A stretch of DNA of 64,000 bases from Candidatus Hodarchaeota archaeon (GTDB lineage: Archaea; Asgardarchaeota; Lokiarchaeia; Sigyniarchaeales; SOKP01). A program made the position numbers and the translations under genes. Shown in pieces: positions 18,787-28,427 of this stretch. A model generated the notes under the pieces. The model worked only from the letters and a program-made list of their open reading frames with translations. It did no database searches and was not told the DNA's origin. The stretch is taken from contig JBHLJY010000004.1 of NCBI GenBank assembly GCA_048887225.1, positions 96,001 through 160,000 of the forward strand, written 5' to 3'. Position 1 is the first letter of the stretch; each line of letters opens with the position of its first letter.

Positions 18787-21700
18787 ATGCAAACGGAAAA
18801 AGAAGAGGACTTATTAGAAAAGGCGAAACTTGAGGAAAAAGCATACAATTGGTTAGAAGCGGCTAAATTATACGAGAATGTAATAAACTCTTTTATGAAA
18901 AAAAACCTGCTTGAAATGGTAGCTGAAACTTATAAGAGATTAGGACATGCCAACGCACGAGCTGCTGATAAAGCAGACACAGCAGAAAAATATGTTGAAA
19001 TTAATAAAAAAGCGATAAAAGGTTATAAAAATGCGGCAAAAATCTTTAAGGAAGTTGCGAATAAAACCGAAGAATTGGAATGCGAGGCGGAAGCAACCCT
19101 CGTCAGTGGTTTTATTAAGAGCTCTATTAACGAAGCTAAAAGGGTTTTTGAAATTTCCCGCGAACTTTTCACCCAAGCGAGAGCTCTCTTTTCTAAGAAG
19201 AAAAAACAAGATGAAGTTCTAAGGATCTCAATTCGTGAATTAATAGCAATTTATTATCAAACAACCTGTTGTAGCGAAGGAAAGCTAATTGAGCAATTTA
19301 TTAAAGAAGCGAATGAAATTATACCTTTAGATACGATTATTTCTAATTTTAATATTCAATCTATTGCCAAAATATTGGCTTTTAATGTTTTAATAAATTT
19401 GAATCGAAATTATATTATAGATTTTAAATATGATGAGAGTACTAAGAGATATGTTCAGCAGGTTCTTTCTCTTTTTCGCGAACTAAAAAATTTAAAGCTA
19501 ATTGAAGGATGTAAAGATCCTAAAACCCTTGGATTGATTTATTTTGCAATTGGTCTTTGTTATTGTCTTTTCGGATATCAATATATTGAAGACGAGAGGA
19601 AACAGAGAGAATATCTTGACAAGGGTCTAGACTTTCTTAAAAAAAGTGTAGATTTGATAAGAAAAACAGGGGATAAACCTTTAATAATATATATAATATT
19701 CTGGTTGGATTGGTTCCTTTTCTTTACTGGTAGATATAAAGATCTTCAAAAGAGAATAATTAAAGATATTGAAGAGGTTTTGATGTTTGGAAAGATACTT
19801 TCGGGATTATTTTCAATTGGGGGTATATATGCGAATTTTTTGCCTACAATGTATTATACTGGTATGTCAACGTTAAGAGTTTTCACTGCGCGCCAGACAT
19901 CGTCATATGCTAATAAGGCAATTAAATATGCGAAGAATTGCTTGAAAATTTCTAAAAATTTACCCTTTTCTGCGATGGTTTATTGGCCGCTAACCTATTC
20001 ATACTCTTCATTAATCTATCTCGCAAAAGAAAAGAAAAAACAGGATGAATACGCCATTAAAATGCTTCAATCCGCAGAACATGCTAAAAACTTAGCGAAA
20101 AATTATGAAGAAGGGAGTGTTGTATCATCAAGCAACACTTCTCTCTATAAGGCTTATAAAACTCTCGCAGATCTGGCTAAAAGCGATGAAGAAAGAATTA
20201 AAATGCTATCTATTGCTTTAGATGCAGCTGAGAAATATATTCAGCATCCTTGGGAGTCTCCATCCGGTATAATTGAAGGTCAAATGCGGATAGGGCTTCT
20301 TTACGAAAAAATTGGTGTTTTAAGTGGAAAAGACGATAACTTAATAAAGGCAAAAGAGTTATTTTTTAAAATTATTGAGGAAAGTCTTGAAAGAGGGTAT
20401 AAATCGTACGCCGCCACCGCCGCCGAATACATTGCACGCATAGAGGATCGATTAGGTAATCACACTGCTTCTTCAAAATATTACGAGAAAGCCCAAAATG
20501 CTTACGCAGAGTTGTTGAAAAATCTAAGATATAGACTCTTAAAAAAGCGTGTTAATGAAAAAATGGATTACGCGAAGGCTTGGAGCTTAATTGAAAATGC
20601 AAAAGTATTTCATAAGAGGGAAAACCATTTAAAAGCTAACGAGAGCTATAAAAAAGCGTTGGAAATTCTTAAACAACTTCAAAACTTCAATTACGAAGCA
20701 CCATATTACCATGCTTGGGCATCTCAAGAGGAAGCTGAACAACTTAGCAAGCTTGAAAAACACGATAAAGCCATCGAGCAATACGAAATGACCAAAAACA
20801 ACTTTAATAATGCAATAAAATCAATGGAAGATATTTCTAAAAAATTTAAAGATAAATTTGCTCTAGAAAGGATCGATAAACTTAAAAAAGTAGCCAATTT
20901 AAGAATTAAATATTGTTCAGCCAGGTTACACGTTGAAAAAGCAAGAATTTTAGGAAAACAAGGTGAACACTACGCAGCGGCAGAATTATTTGCCTCCGCA
21001 GCTTCTGAATTTAGATACGTTTGTAATCTCTTTAAACTAGAGAGAGAACGAGCTGAACTTGAAGCTGTATATTATCTCTGTAGAGCATGGGAAACTATGG
21101 AGCTTGCGGAAAAATACGAAGACCCTGAAAGATTCGCTGAAGCGGCAAATCTTTTCGTAAAAGCAAGTAAACTTTTTCTTGACAGTAAATTGAAGTTATT
21201 AGCATCGGGCAACTCCATTTTTTGTCAAGCATTAGAACTCGGATGTAAGTTTGACGAGGCTCAAGAATCTGAAATTAAAGCACAATTATATACAAAAATC
21301 CGTTCGATGCTAAGAAAGGCTGCTTCTTCTTATGAAAAAGGTGGTTTTGAAAATGGAGGTAATTGGGCTTTAGCAACATCAACATATTTTGATGCAGCGT
21401 GGTCGCTAATAAGAGCGGACGAAGAATTGGAGTTTAACCAAAGAAAAGAGCTTCTTGGAGTTGGATCTGAGTATTTGAAATCTGCTGCTGAACTATTTAG
21501 CAAAGCAGGCTATAAAGATAAGGAAAAAGAGGTTTTAAAGCGCTTGAACATGGTGGAGAAGGAAGAAAAAATCATATTCTCCGCCTTAAACTCTATCAAA
21601 AAACCTACCATATCTAGCAGTACCGTAGGCATAATTGCTCCTTCTTGTTCCTTAGAAACCAGTCAATCTCCTAGATTAAATGAAGTGCGTCAGTTCACAG

Positions 21701-22710
21701 AAGAAGAAAGACGAATTGCCGAGGAAAAAAGAGCAGAAATATATGAATGCGATACGAATCTTAATATTTTGCACGTATCAGATATTCAAGAAGGACGATT
21801 TGGCATAAAGGAAGACATTTTTGAAGTTAATAAGGTTTATCTTAATTTCTTATCGGATTTGAAGGATAAATTAGAAATCCTCCATAGAAAAAATAAAATC
21901 GATATCATAGTAATTTCGGGAGATTTAACAAGTATAGGAGCTAAAGAAGAATTCGATCATTTAACAAATGAGTTCCTCCCTATTTTGAATGATGTATTTC
22001 TAAAGGGCACAAATATAGTTCCAAAAGATAGATGGATTTTAGTGCCAGGAAATCACGACGTAGAATGGGAGAAGGGAGAGGCACGTTTTAATAATTTCAT
22101 TCAATTCTGTCAAGAAAATGGATTTCATCAGTATAAATTAAATAACCCTGAGTCAATTTATTCAAAAATCATTTGTAGAGATAAAATCTCAGAAAATACC
22201 TTAGGAATAATTGCATTAAATAGTTGTTTAGAAATTTTTGATGAGAATTCACCGAATATATCAAATATTTCAAATTCTTATTTCTCATCATTTTCGAAAG
22301 ATTGGGATAACCTTTTTAGAGAAATGCCTAAACTTATGGTATGTCATCATACTTTACATTCTATTAAAAAGGACAGGTTTAACCACGCATTAAATAAGCT
22401 TAGCGATAATAATGTGCTTTTAGCTTTAGCAGGAGATATTCATAAGTCAGAATCACATGCTGATGAAATAAGTAATATAAGATGTATTCCCGCCGGAACC
22501 ATTTTAGCAAAAAAAACAGAACGACAAGTAGGGATTGATGAGGTGTCGCGGCAATTTAATTTAGTTAATTTAAATCTACAAAGTGGGTATGTTAAGTGGT
22601 ATACCTATATTTTTGAAGGTACTTGGAGAGAAATTAAAAATGAATCCTTTTATCTTGAACACACTTCTTTTTCCTTAGATAAAAATGCATCTAAAAAAAA
22701 TAAATTATAA
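18787..22710 (+). CDS. Large TPR/SNAP-like solenoid protein with C-terminal calcineurin-like metallophosphoesterase domain
   Basis: About 980 aa of Ala-rich helical repeats, then LHVSDIQ, ISGDL, VPGNHD, CHH, AGDIH. Confidence 0.8.
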   Translation: MQTEKEEDLLEKAKLEEKAYNWLEAAKLYENVINSFMKKNLLEMVAETYKRLGHANARAADKADTAEKYVEINKKAIKGYKNAAKIFKEVANKTEELECEAEATLVSGFIKSSINEAKRVFEISRELFTQARALFSKKKKQDEVLRISIRELIAIYYQTTCCSEGKLIEQFIKEANEIIPLDTIISNFNIQSIAKILAFNVLINLNRNYIIDFKYDESTKRYVQQVLSLFRELKNLKLIEGCKDPKTLGLIYFAIGLCYCLFGYQYIEDERKQREYLDKGLDFLKKSVDLIRKTGDKPLIIYIIFWLDWFLFFTGRYKDLQKRIIKDIEEVLMFGKILSGLFSIGGIYANFLPTMYYTGMSTLRVFTARQTSSYANKAIKYAKNCLKISKNLPFSAMVYWPLTYSYSSLIYLAKEKKKQDEYAIKMLQSAEHAKNLAKNYEEGSVVSSSNTSLYKAYKTLADLAKSDEERIKMLSIALDAAEKYIQHPWESPSGIIEGQMRIGLLYEKIGVLSGKDDNLIKAKELFFKIIEESLERGYKSYAATAAEYIARIEDRLGNHTASSKYYEKAQNAYAELLKNLRYRLLKKRVNEKMDYAKAWSLIENAKVFHKRENHLKANESYKKALEILKQLQNFNYEAPYYHAWASQEEAEQLSKLEKHDKAIEQYEMTKNNFNNAIKSMEDISKKFKDKFALERIDKLKKVANLRIKYCSARLHVEKARILGKQGEHYAAAELFASAASEFRYVCNLFKLERERAELEAVYYLCRAWETMELAEKYEDPERFAEAANLFVKASKLFLDSKLKLLASGNSIFCQALELGCKFDEAQESEIKAQLYTKIRSMLRKAASSYEKGGFENGGNWALATSTYFDAAWSLIRADEELEFNQRKELLGVGSEYLKSAAELFSKAGYKDKEKEVLKRLNMVEKEEKIIFSALNSIKKPTISSSTVGIIAPSCSLETSQSPRLNEVRQFTEEERRIAEEKRAEIYECDTNLNILHVSDIQEGRFGIKEDIFEVNKVYLNFLSDLKDKLEILHRKNKIDIIVISGDLTSIGAKEEFDHLTNEFLPILNDVFLKGTNIVPKDRWILVPGNHDVEWEKGEARFNNFIQFCQENGFHQYKLNNPESIYSKIICRDKISENTLGIIALNSCLEIFDENSPNISNISNSYFSSFSKDWDNLFREMPKLMVCHHTLHSIKKDRFNHALNKLSDNNVLLALAGDIHKSESHADEISNIRCIPAGTILAKKTERQVGIDEVSRQFNLVNLNLQSGYVKWYTYIFEGTWREIKNESFYLEHTSFSLDKNASKKNKL

Positions 22711-22796
22711 GATATAATCGCAATACAATTTATCCAAAGCACGAGATAGAAAGGAACCTATTTTGTTGGAAAAAAATGGAGATCTAAATTATATAA

Positions 22797-23900
22797 TCAT
22801 TTCCTTAGCGCCCAAATGTAGTCCCCTCTTTCCCTTAAGAATTCTGCTTTTTTAAAGGAGGTTGTAGCAATAAACTCCTGAAATTCCTTTTCGTCATAGA
22901 ATTTCGATTTAAGGCTAACTTCTAGATACTTATGCCATACTTCGAAAAACATAAATCGATCTGTCGGAGTAAACAGTGATGGAATCATGTGTTCGACAAC
23001 AATCAGAAGCCCCCCCTCTTTTAATATGGTATAAAGATCTTCGAGTATACCTCTTCGATAATTCTCGTCGGGATCCATTTCATGCAGTACTTGATTTAGC
23101 ATTGCTACATCAAATTTATTTTTATTTGAAGCAGCAAATTCATCTATTGGGATATGGAGTATTTCAATTCTATCACTCCATTTGTTTTTAGCGACTAATT
23201 CCTTTGTGTATGCAATCCCGAGTGGATCGATATCAATTCCAACTATTTTTGCTTTTTTATATTTTCTAGCCCAGAATTCGAGATTATACCCATAACCACA
23301 CCCAGCTTCCAGCAGAAGCCCCCCTTTACGTAAAATCCGTTTATGATCTTTAAAATGTTTGGAAAATAATCCCTCTATCTGTGGTGCGCTAGAAACCGAT
23401 GCACTCTGAGCCAGTTTATTATCCTCCGAAAATTCATGATATCCTTCAATAAAAGGCTTGAGCTCACCTGTATTAAACGATTTTTCCATTTTTTCTTGGA
23501 ATTTTAACCCTATATAAAATGTATTAAGGGTGCCGCCCATGTAAAACATGCTTTCTCGGTTAACAAGAATATCATAAACGTGTGGTGCCGTTTTTAAACT
23601 TCTATCACATGATTCATCTATTTCGAATATACCACATATAAGAGCCATATGGAGCCAAGCGTCTAAGTGTCTGTGATCTAACTGTAGTTTTTTGGCTAAT
23701 TCATCAAGAGTAAAGGTTATAGAATCTACTTCTCCAGTGGCGCTTAACGCTTTCCCTTTTTCGTAGAGATAATCAAAAATCCCCAATCGGCTACCCAAAG
23801 CATGCACGAGTACCGTTTGAAATCCTAGAGCGCCCTTGAGAATGAATTTTTTTAGTTGATCCCTAACTGTTGGTTGGGAATCTGGTTTAGTTGGGACCAT
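22797..23900 (-). CDS. Class I SAM-dependent methyltransferase with N-terminal wHTH/dimerisation domain
   Basis: LLEAGCGYG, VGIDID, NQVLHEM, LKEGGLLIVVE; TLDELAKKLQLD...AWLH. Confidence 0.85.
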   Translation of the reverse strand: MVPTKPDSQPTVRDQLKKFILKGALGFQTVLVHALGSRLGIFDYLYEKGKALSATGEVDSITFTLDELAKKLQLDHRHLDAWLHMALICGIFEIDESCDRSLKTAPHVYDILVNRESMFYMGGTLNTFYIGLKFQEKMEKSFNTGELKPFIEGYHEFSEDNKLAQSASVSSAPQIEGLFSKHFKDHKRILRKGGLLLEAGCGYGYNLEFWARKYKKAKIVGIDIDPLGIAYTKELVAKNKWSDRIEILHIPIDEFAASNKNKFDVAMLNQVLHEMDPDENYRRGILEDLYTILKEGGLLIVVEHMIPSLFTPTDRFMFFEVWHKYLEVSLKSKFYDEKEFQEFIATTSFKKAEFLRERGDYIWALRK

Positions 23901-23925
23901 GTTTTTCCCTCGTTTTAAATTTCAC

Positions 23926-23972
23926 CCATAAATTTATGGATTAATTAAAAAATTGACAAATTCGTATTTAAA
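23926..23972 (-). promoter_or_regulatory. Shared promoter, third copy (CCATAAATTTATGG palindrome, GTCAATTTTTT, TTTAAATA)
   Basis: Same motifs and spacing as 15567-15616, upstream of the methyltransferase. Confidence 0.75.
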
Positions 23973-24060
23973 GATTTAACAGGTTTTATATAGAAATAAT
24001 TTTTAATTATTTAATTATTGAATATTCTTAAAAAAGAAGAAATTTTTTTATACATTACAA

Positions 24061-24963
24061 ATGGAAAGTAAGTTAAAAAAATCTAAAAAAGATTTAATTA
24101 TTGGAAGCATTGTTATTATGCGCCCTGTCAATTGTCTTATGGGATCTCTCACAGTTATAATTGGTATTCTTAACACCCGTGCAGGTCTTCCGTTAGATAT
24201 CCTAATTATAAACATTATTTTAGGAGTCTTGACCTATTACTTTATTGCTGGCTCAGGTATGATTATAAACGATATATATGACTTACAAATTGACAAAATA
24301 AATAGACCTGAAAGACCAATCCCGAGTGGCTCAGTAAGCTTAACACAGGCTAAGGTATTATTCTTTTTAACGCTTGGTATAGGCATAATGATATCGATTA
24401 TTCACAGCCTAATCTTTTCATTAGGCATTTTTAACATAACCTTAGCAATTTTCTTTGGTTTTATTGGGTGGCTTTATTCCGCTTGGGGGAAAAAGCAAGG
24501 TTTTATTGGCAATATTATCGTTAGCATTTCATTTTCTATAGGGCTTATTTACGGAGCAATCTTAAATAGTTCAATCATTCCCATTTATATCTATTACTTC
24601 TTTTTGACTTCATTTTTCTTATTACTCTCCCGTGAAATTGTTAAAGGTTGCGAAGATATTGAAGGTGATAAGACAAAAGGGGTAAAAACTTTAGCGATTA
24701 AACTTGGAACTAAAAAAGCAATTGTTATATCTATAATATTTGAAATTTTGGCAATATTATTTTTTATTTTACCTCTTTTCACAGATATTATTAATCCAAT
24801 CTTATTTATGATTTTAATGATCTTTGGATTGCTAGTCGTAGGATTCGCGTTAATTTTATCACTGCGCAAAACTTTAGAAAGGAAAGATTTTAAAAAAATA
24901 AGCTTAATTTTAAAGGTAGGAGCATTCCTTGGATTAATTGCTTTTATTTTTGCGAGTATTTAA
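24061..24963 (+). CDS. Digeranylgeranylglyceryl phosphate synthase (UbiA family)
   Basis: MRPVNC, INDIYDLQIDKINRPERPIPSG, REIVKGCEDIEGD, KTLA. Confidence 0.9.
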   Translation: MESKLKKSKKDLIIGSIVIMRPVNCLMGSLTVIIGILNTRAGLPLDILIINIILGVLTYYFIAGSGMIINDIYDLQIDKINRPERPIPSGSVSLTQAKVLFFLTLGIGIMISIIHSLIFSLGIFNITLAIFFGFIGWLYSAWGKKQGFIGNIIVSISFSIGLIYGAILNSSIIPIYIYYFFLTSFFLLLSREIVKGCEDIEGDKTKGVKTLAIKLGTKKAIVISIIFEILAILFFILPLFTDIINPILFMILMIFGLLVVGFALILSLRKTLERKDFKKISLILKVGAFLGLIAFIFASI

Positions 24964-26398
24964 TAACTTTTAAATTCACTTTTTTTAATATTTTTAAAAT
25001 TTCGCTAATTTCTTTTTTGTCGATTAATGATTTTAACTTATTCTTATATTCGGCATCTATACCAACAATTGGAAAAGTTTCAATTAATTTTTTTGCTTGA
25101 GTTAGACCTAGATATTTTCTAGTATATTCTGCTTTTGAATATTTATATGTTGTTAAAAATTCACTATCTAATTCCTTCCTAAAATGTTCTAAAATAAAAT
25201 TGAAATAGTTCTTTAATAATAATTGATCTTCAATTGAAATTTGAGGTTCTAAAAATATTTGAATAGGATGGGTACGGTAAGTATTAGAAGACACATAAAT
25301 CCCTTTTACGTCAAAATCGTCTGCTATTATACCAAGCCCAACTCGGCCTTCAATTGAACCTTTATCTACAGTTTGAACATACAATATATTTGATTCGATT
25401 TTTTTATTTAAAGCATCATTTATTTGGAGATTTAATCGTTTATATTCGTTATTTTTATAATTATTAGCATCAATCACAGAGATTTGATTAATTCCTTTAT
25501 TTTCTGATACTTCTTCTTTTAATAAATAATATTTTACTTTTAGTGGATTCCGAGTTTGATAATTCTCAAGAAACTCGTCAAATTCAGAACCGGCACGATA
25601 TTTGAATTTTGGATTTAATATATAATTTTTAGAGCTAATTTCATCTCGATACTTAATTTTTACACCCTTAAATTTTATAGGCTCAGCTCTCGGGACTTCT
25701 TTTCTTTTAAAAAAACCAATGCATATATTTGTCCCTGTGAATTCAAATATTTTTGTTTCGAATATAATCATTTTAAGAATTTCATAATATTTTAAAAAAT
25801 CTTGACGAAATTTATTAGAGACTGACGCTCCAAATAAAAAGTTAGAGGGAATAATATATATTAGGTTTTCAACTTTATTTCTTAAATCGTTAATTATGGC
25901 AATTTGATATAAATCTTGATAACCATTATTTTTGCCTTTGAAGTATTTTAGATATTTTTGAGTTTCTTTATGCTTTCTAATATATCCTAGATATAGGTAA
26001 GGAGGATTTGTAATATGGAAAATCGGAAATTCTCTGTTTTTCAAAAATTTAGGAAAGTTTTCCAAATTATCTCGGACTTTTATATTTTTTCTTGCGAGTT
26101 CAATAGGGATCCCGTATGATATAGCGTTATTAATACATTTTTGTACCATCTCTGGTTGTATATCAAATAGATAAATATGTTTTTTGAAATAATCTACCCT
26201 CTCTTCTGGTGATATTTCGTTTAAAATAGGTAAAACTAAATTCCCTTCACCAGCGTAAAGATCTACCCAAGCATATTTTCTTAATTTCTCTTTTATTTCT
26301 GGAAAAATATATTTTATAAGAATATCTATTGATGTTAAATGAACACCAAATGTTCTTCTTTCTTTTTTATCTTTAATTAAATTGCTTTTATCAACCAT
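24944..26398 (-). CDS. N6-adenine DNA methyltransferase-like protein
   Basis: FGVHLT, DLYAGEGN (motif I), ITNPPY (motif IV), YIIPSNFL. Confidence 0.8.
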   Translation of the reverse strand: MVDKSNLIKDKKERRTFGVHLTSIDILIKYIFPEIKEKLRKYAWVDLYAGEGNLVLPILNEISPEERVDYFKKHIYLFDIQPEMVQKCINNAISYGIPIELARKNIKVRDNLENFPKFLKNREFPIFHITNPPYLYLGYIRKHKETQKYLKYFKGKNNGYQDLYQIAIINDLRNKVENLIYIIPSNFLFGASVSNKFRQDFLKYYEILKMIIFETKIFEFTGTNICIGFFKRKEVPRAEPIKFKGVKIKYRDEISSKNYILNPKFKYRAGSEFDEFLENYQTRNPLKVKYYLLKEEVSENKGINQISVIDANNYKNNEYKRLNLQINDALNKKIESNILYVQTVDKGSIEGRVGLGIIADDFDVKGIYVSSNTYRTHPIQIFLEPQISIEDQLLLKNYFNFILEHFRKELDSEFLTTYKYSKAEYTRKYLGLTQAKKLIETFPIVGIDAEYKNKLKSLIDKKEISEILKILKKVNLKVIKYSQK

Positions 26399-26467
26399 TT
26401 AGATAGAATTAGCTATTTCTAATAATACAAGTATTTTAGGCAATTTAAGCAAAACTAAAAATTATCT

Positions 26468-27406
26468 TTATATTCCCTTACGAATATACTTTAATTTATG
26501 ATTTTGAGGAATTTCAGCTCGAAATGATTTAATAATCGTTAATGCATCAATTAATTTCTCGTATTCTTCATAAGAGAGGCTATCGAAAAGTAAAATTCCT
26601 TCTCCTTCTTTAAAGGGCTCGGTATTAAACCATATATCATAATTTCCATTGGATTCTTCAATCTCAAAAGATTTTAAACCTTTTAAATTTAATATTGCTA
26701 TTTCCCCTTTTAACTGGAAAATATTTTTAGGGATTTTCGAAAAATCGTAAACTTTATTTAAAATACTATACGAAATAATTTTTTTCTCAGTAATTACGTA
26801 TCTTATTTCGTAATTTTTAAGCTCGATTTCTTTCTCAGCATCTATATTTTTAAATCTTCCTTTATATTTCTTGTTCTTTGATAATGTCTTAATCCAATCT
26901 TTTTTTAATTCTATATTTAAGCTTTTAATCCATAGTATTTTATCCTCTGCGTCTAGAAGATTTTTGATTTCATCTAATTTTGAAATCTTTATAATATCTT
27001 CAGGCTCAGCAAATAATTTTTCCTCTTCCAACTTTTCTCGTTCACGATTTCGAAGATATCGCATATCCGATAATCTTTCTGTCATTTCAATTGATTCTAA
27101 ACCAAAAGCATTTAAAAATTCTTCCTGTTCATCACCCTGATCAACAGGTACTACCTTACAATAAGGTAATCCTTGGTATTTTAATTCAGATTGAACTTTA
27201 GTAGCTGTTTTAGAGCCAATAAATCGTTTTCTGACATTTGCTCTAACACCTTTCCATAGATATATTCTTTTTAAGTCTGTTCTTACTATGATAAATGCTT
27301 TATCAGGATGAAAATAATCTCCTAAATATTCTTGTTGAAATTCGAGCTTTTTTCGATCTCCTGACTCTTCTATTTCATAAACAATGAATTTATGTAGTTC
27401 AGACAT
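26468..27406 (-). CDS. Gelsolin-domain protein with unrelated C-terminal domain
   Basis: HPDKAFIIV...RIYLWKG...RKRFIG...VDQGDEQEEFLNAF matches the gelsolin-fold pattern. Confidence 0.75.
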   Translation of the reverse strand: MSELHKFIVYEIEESGDRKKLEFQQEYLGDYFHPDKAFIIVRTDLKRIYLWKGVRANVRKRFIGSKTATKVQSELKYQGLPYCKVVPVDQGDEQEEFLNAFGLESIEMTERLSDMRYLRNREREKLEEEKLFAEPEDIIKISKLDEIKNLLDAEDKILWIKSLNIELKKDWIKTLSKNKKYKGRFKNIDAEKEIELKNYEIRYVITEKKIISYSILNKVYDFSKIPKNIFQLKGEIAILNLKGLKSFEIEESNGNYDIWFNTEPFKEGEGILLFDSLSYEEYEKLIDALTIIKSFRAEIPQNHKLKYIRKGI

Positions 27407-27585
27407 ACTCTTTTCAAATATATGAGAATTGCATAAATATTCTTCAGATATTATTTTAATGAATATATTTTATGTAAATAAAAATTTTCTTAATTCGCAC
27501 ACTTAAACATTAATTTAGTTTTTATTTTAATTATATAATCTCAAATTTTTTTAACTAGACACTAATAATATTCTTTAGATTTAAC

Positions 27586-28416
27586 ATGAATTTGCCAAAA
27601 AATCTTGAACTTAAACTATATAATCTTATCTCTTTTCTAAAAAATAAGAAAATAATTGTTGCTTTCTCAGGAGGCGTAGATAGTTCACTTCTGTCTTATC
27701 TTTCAAAAAAATACGCAAAAGATACTCTACTTATAACTGAGCGTTCAATTCTATACCCTGAAGAAGAACTTGAATTATCAAAGTTATTTGCTAAAAAGCA
27801 TAATATCTCTCATATGATTATAGAACAAAATCCCCTAAATGATGAAAAATTTAAATTAAATCCAATTAATCGTTGCTATATTTGTAAAAAAGGACTTTAT
27901 AATGAAATTATTAAAATTAAAAATAACCAACATTTTGATATAATTTTAGATGGATCAAACTTAGATGACTTAAACGATTATCGTCCGGGCATGCAGGCCT
28001 TAGAAGAATTAGGTATTTTTACCCCTTATATCGAATTTAAAATTAATAAACAAGAAATTAGAGAAATAAGTAAATTCTTTGGTTTAGATGTTCAATCCAA
28101 ACCTTCAATGGCATGCTATTCTTCTCGGATACCGTACAATCAAATCATAAGCGAGAAAAAATTAGATTTAATTAGAGAAAGTGAAAGATTTCTAAAACAA
28201 ACTTTTAATTTAAAGCAATTGAGAGTAAGACTTCACGATGAAAATTTAGCACGTATAGAATTCTTAAAATCCGATTTACCTAGAATTTTAACCGATGTAA
28301 ATCTACAAAAAATAAAAAATAAATTCAAAGAACTTGGTTTTTATTACATAACAATTGATATAGAAGGTTTTCGCAGTGGCTCTATGAATGAAGTATTATG
28401 TCTTAAACAAGACTAA
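27586..28416 (+). CDS. larE: ATP-dependent sacrificial sulfur transferase LarE
   Basis: AFSGGVDS PP-loop, NRCYICK, DGSNLDD..DYRPG, KPSMACYSSRIPY, RVRLH, GFRSGSMN. Confidence 0.9.
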   Translation: MNLPKNLELKLYNLISFLKNKKIIVAFSGGVDSSLLSYLSKKYAKDTLLITERSILYPEEELELSKLFAKKHNISHMIIEQNPLNDEKFKLNPINRCYICKKGLYNEIIKIKNNQHFDIILDGSNLDDLNDYRPGMQALEELGIFTPYIEFKINKQEIREISKFFGLDVQSKPSMACYSSRIPYNQIISEKKLDLIRESERFLKQTFNLKQLRVRLHDENLARIEFLKSDLPRILTDVNLQKIKNKFKELGFYYITIDIEGFRSGSMNEVLCLKQD

Positions 28417-28427
28417 ACTTTAGGGTT

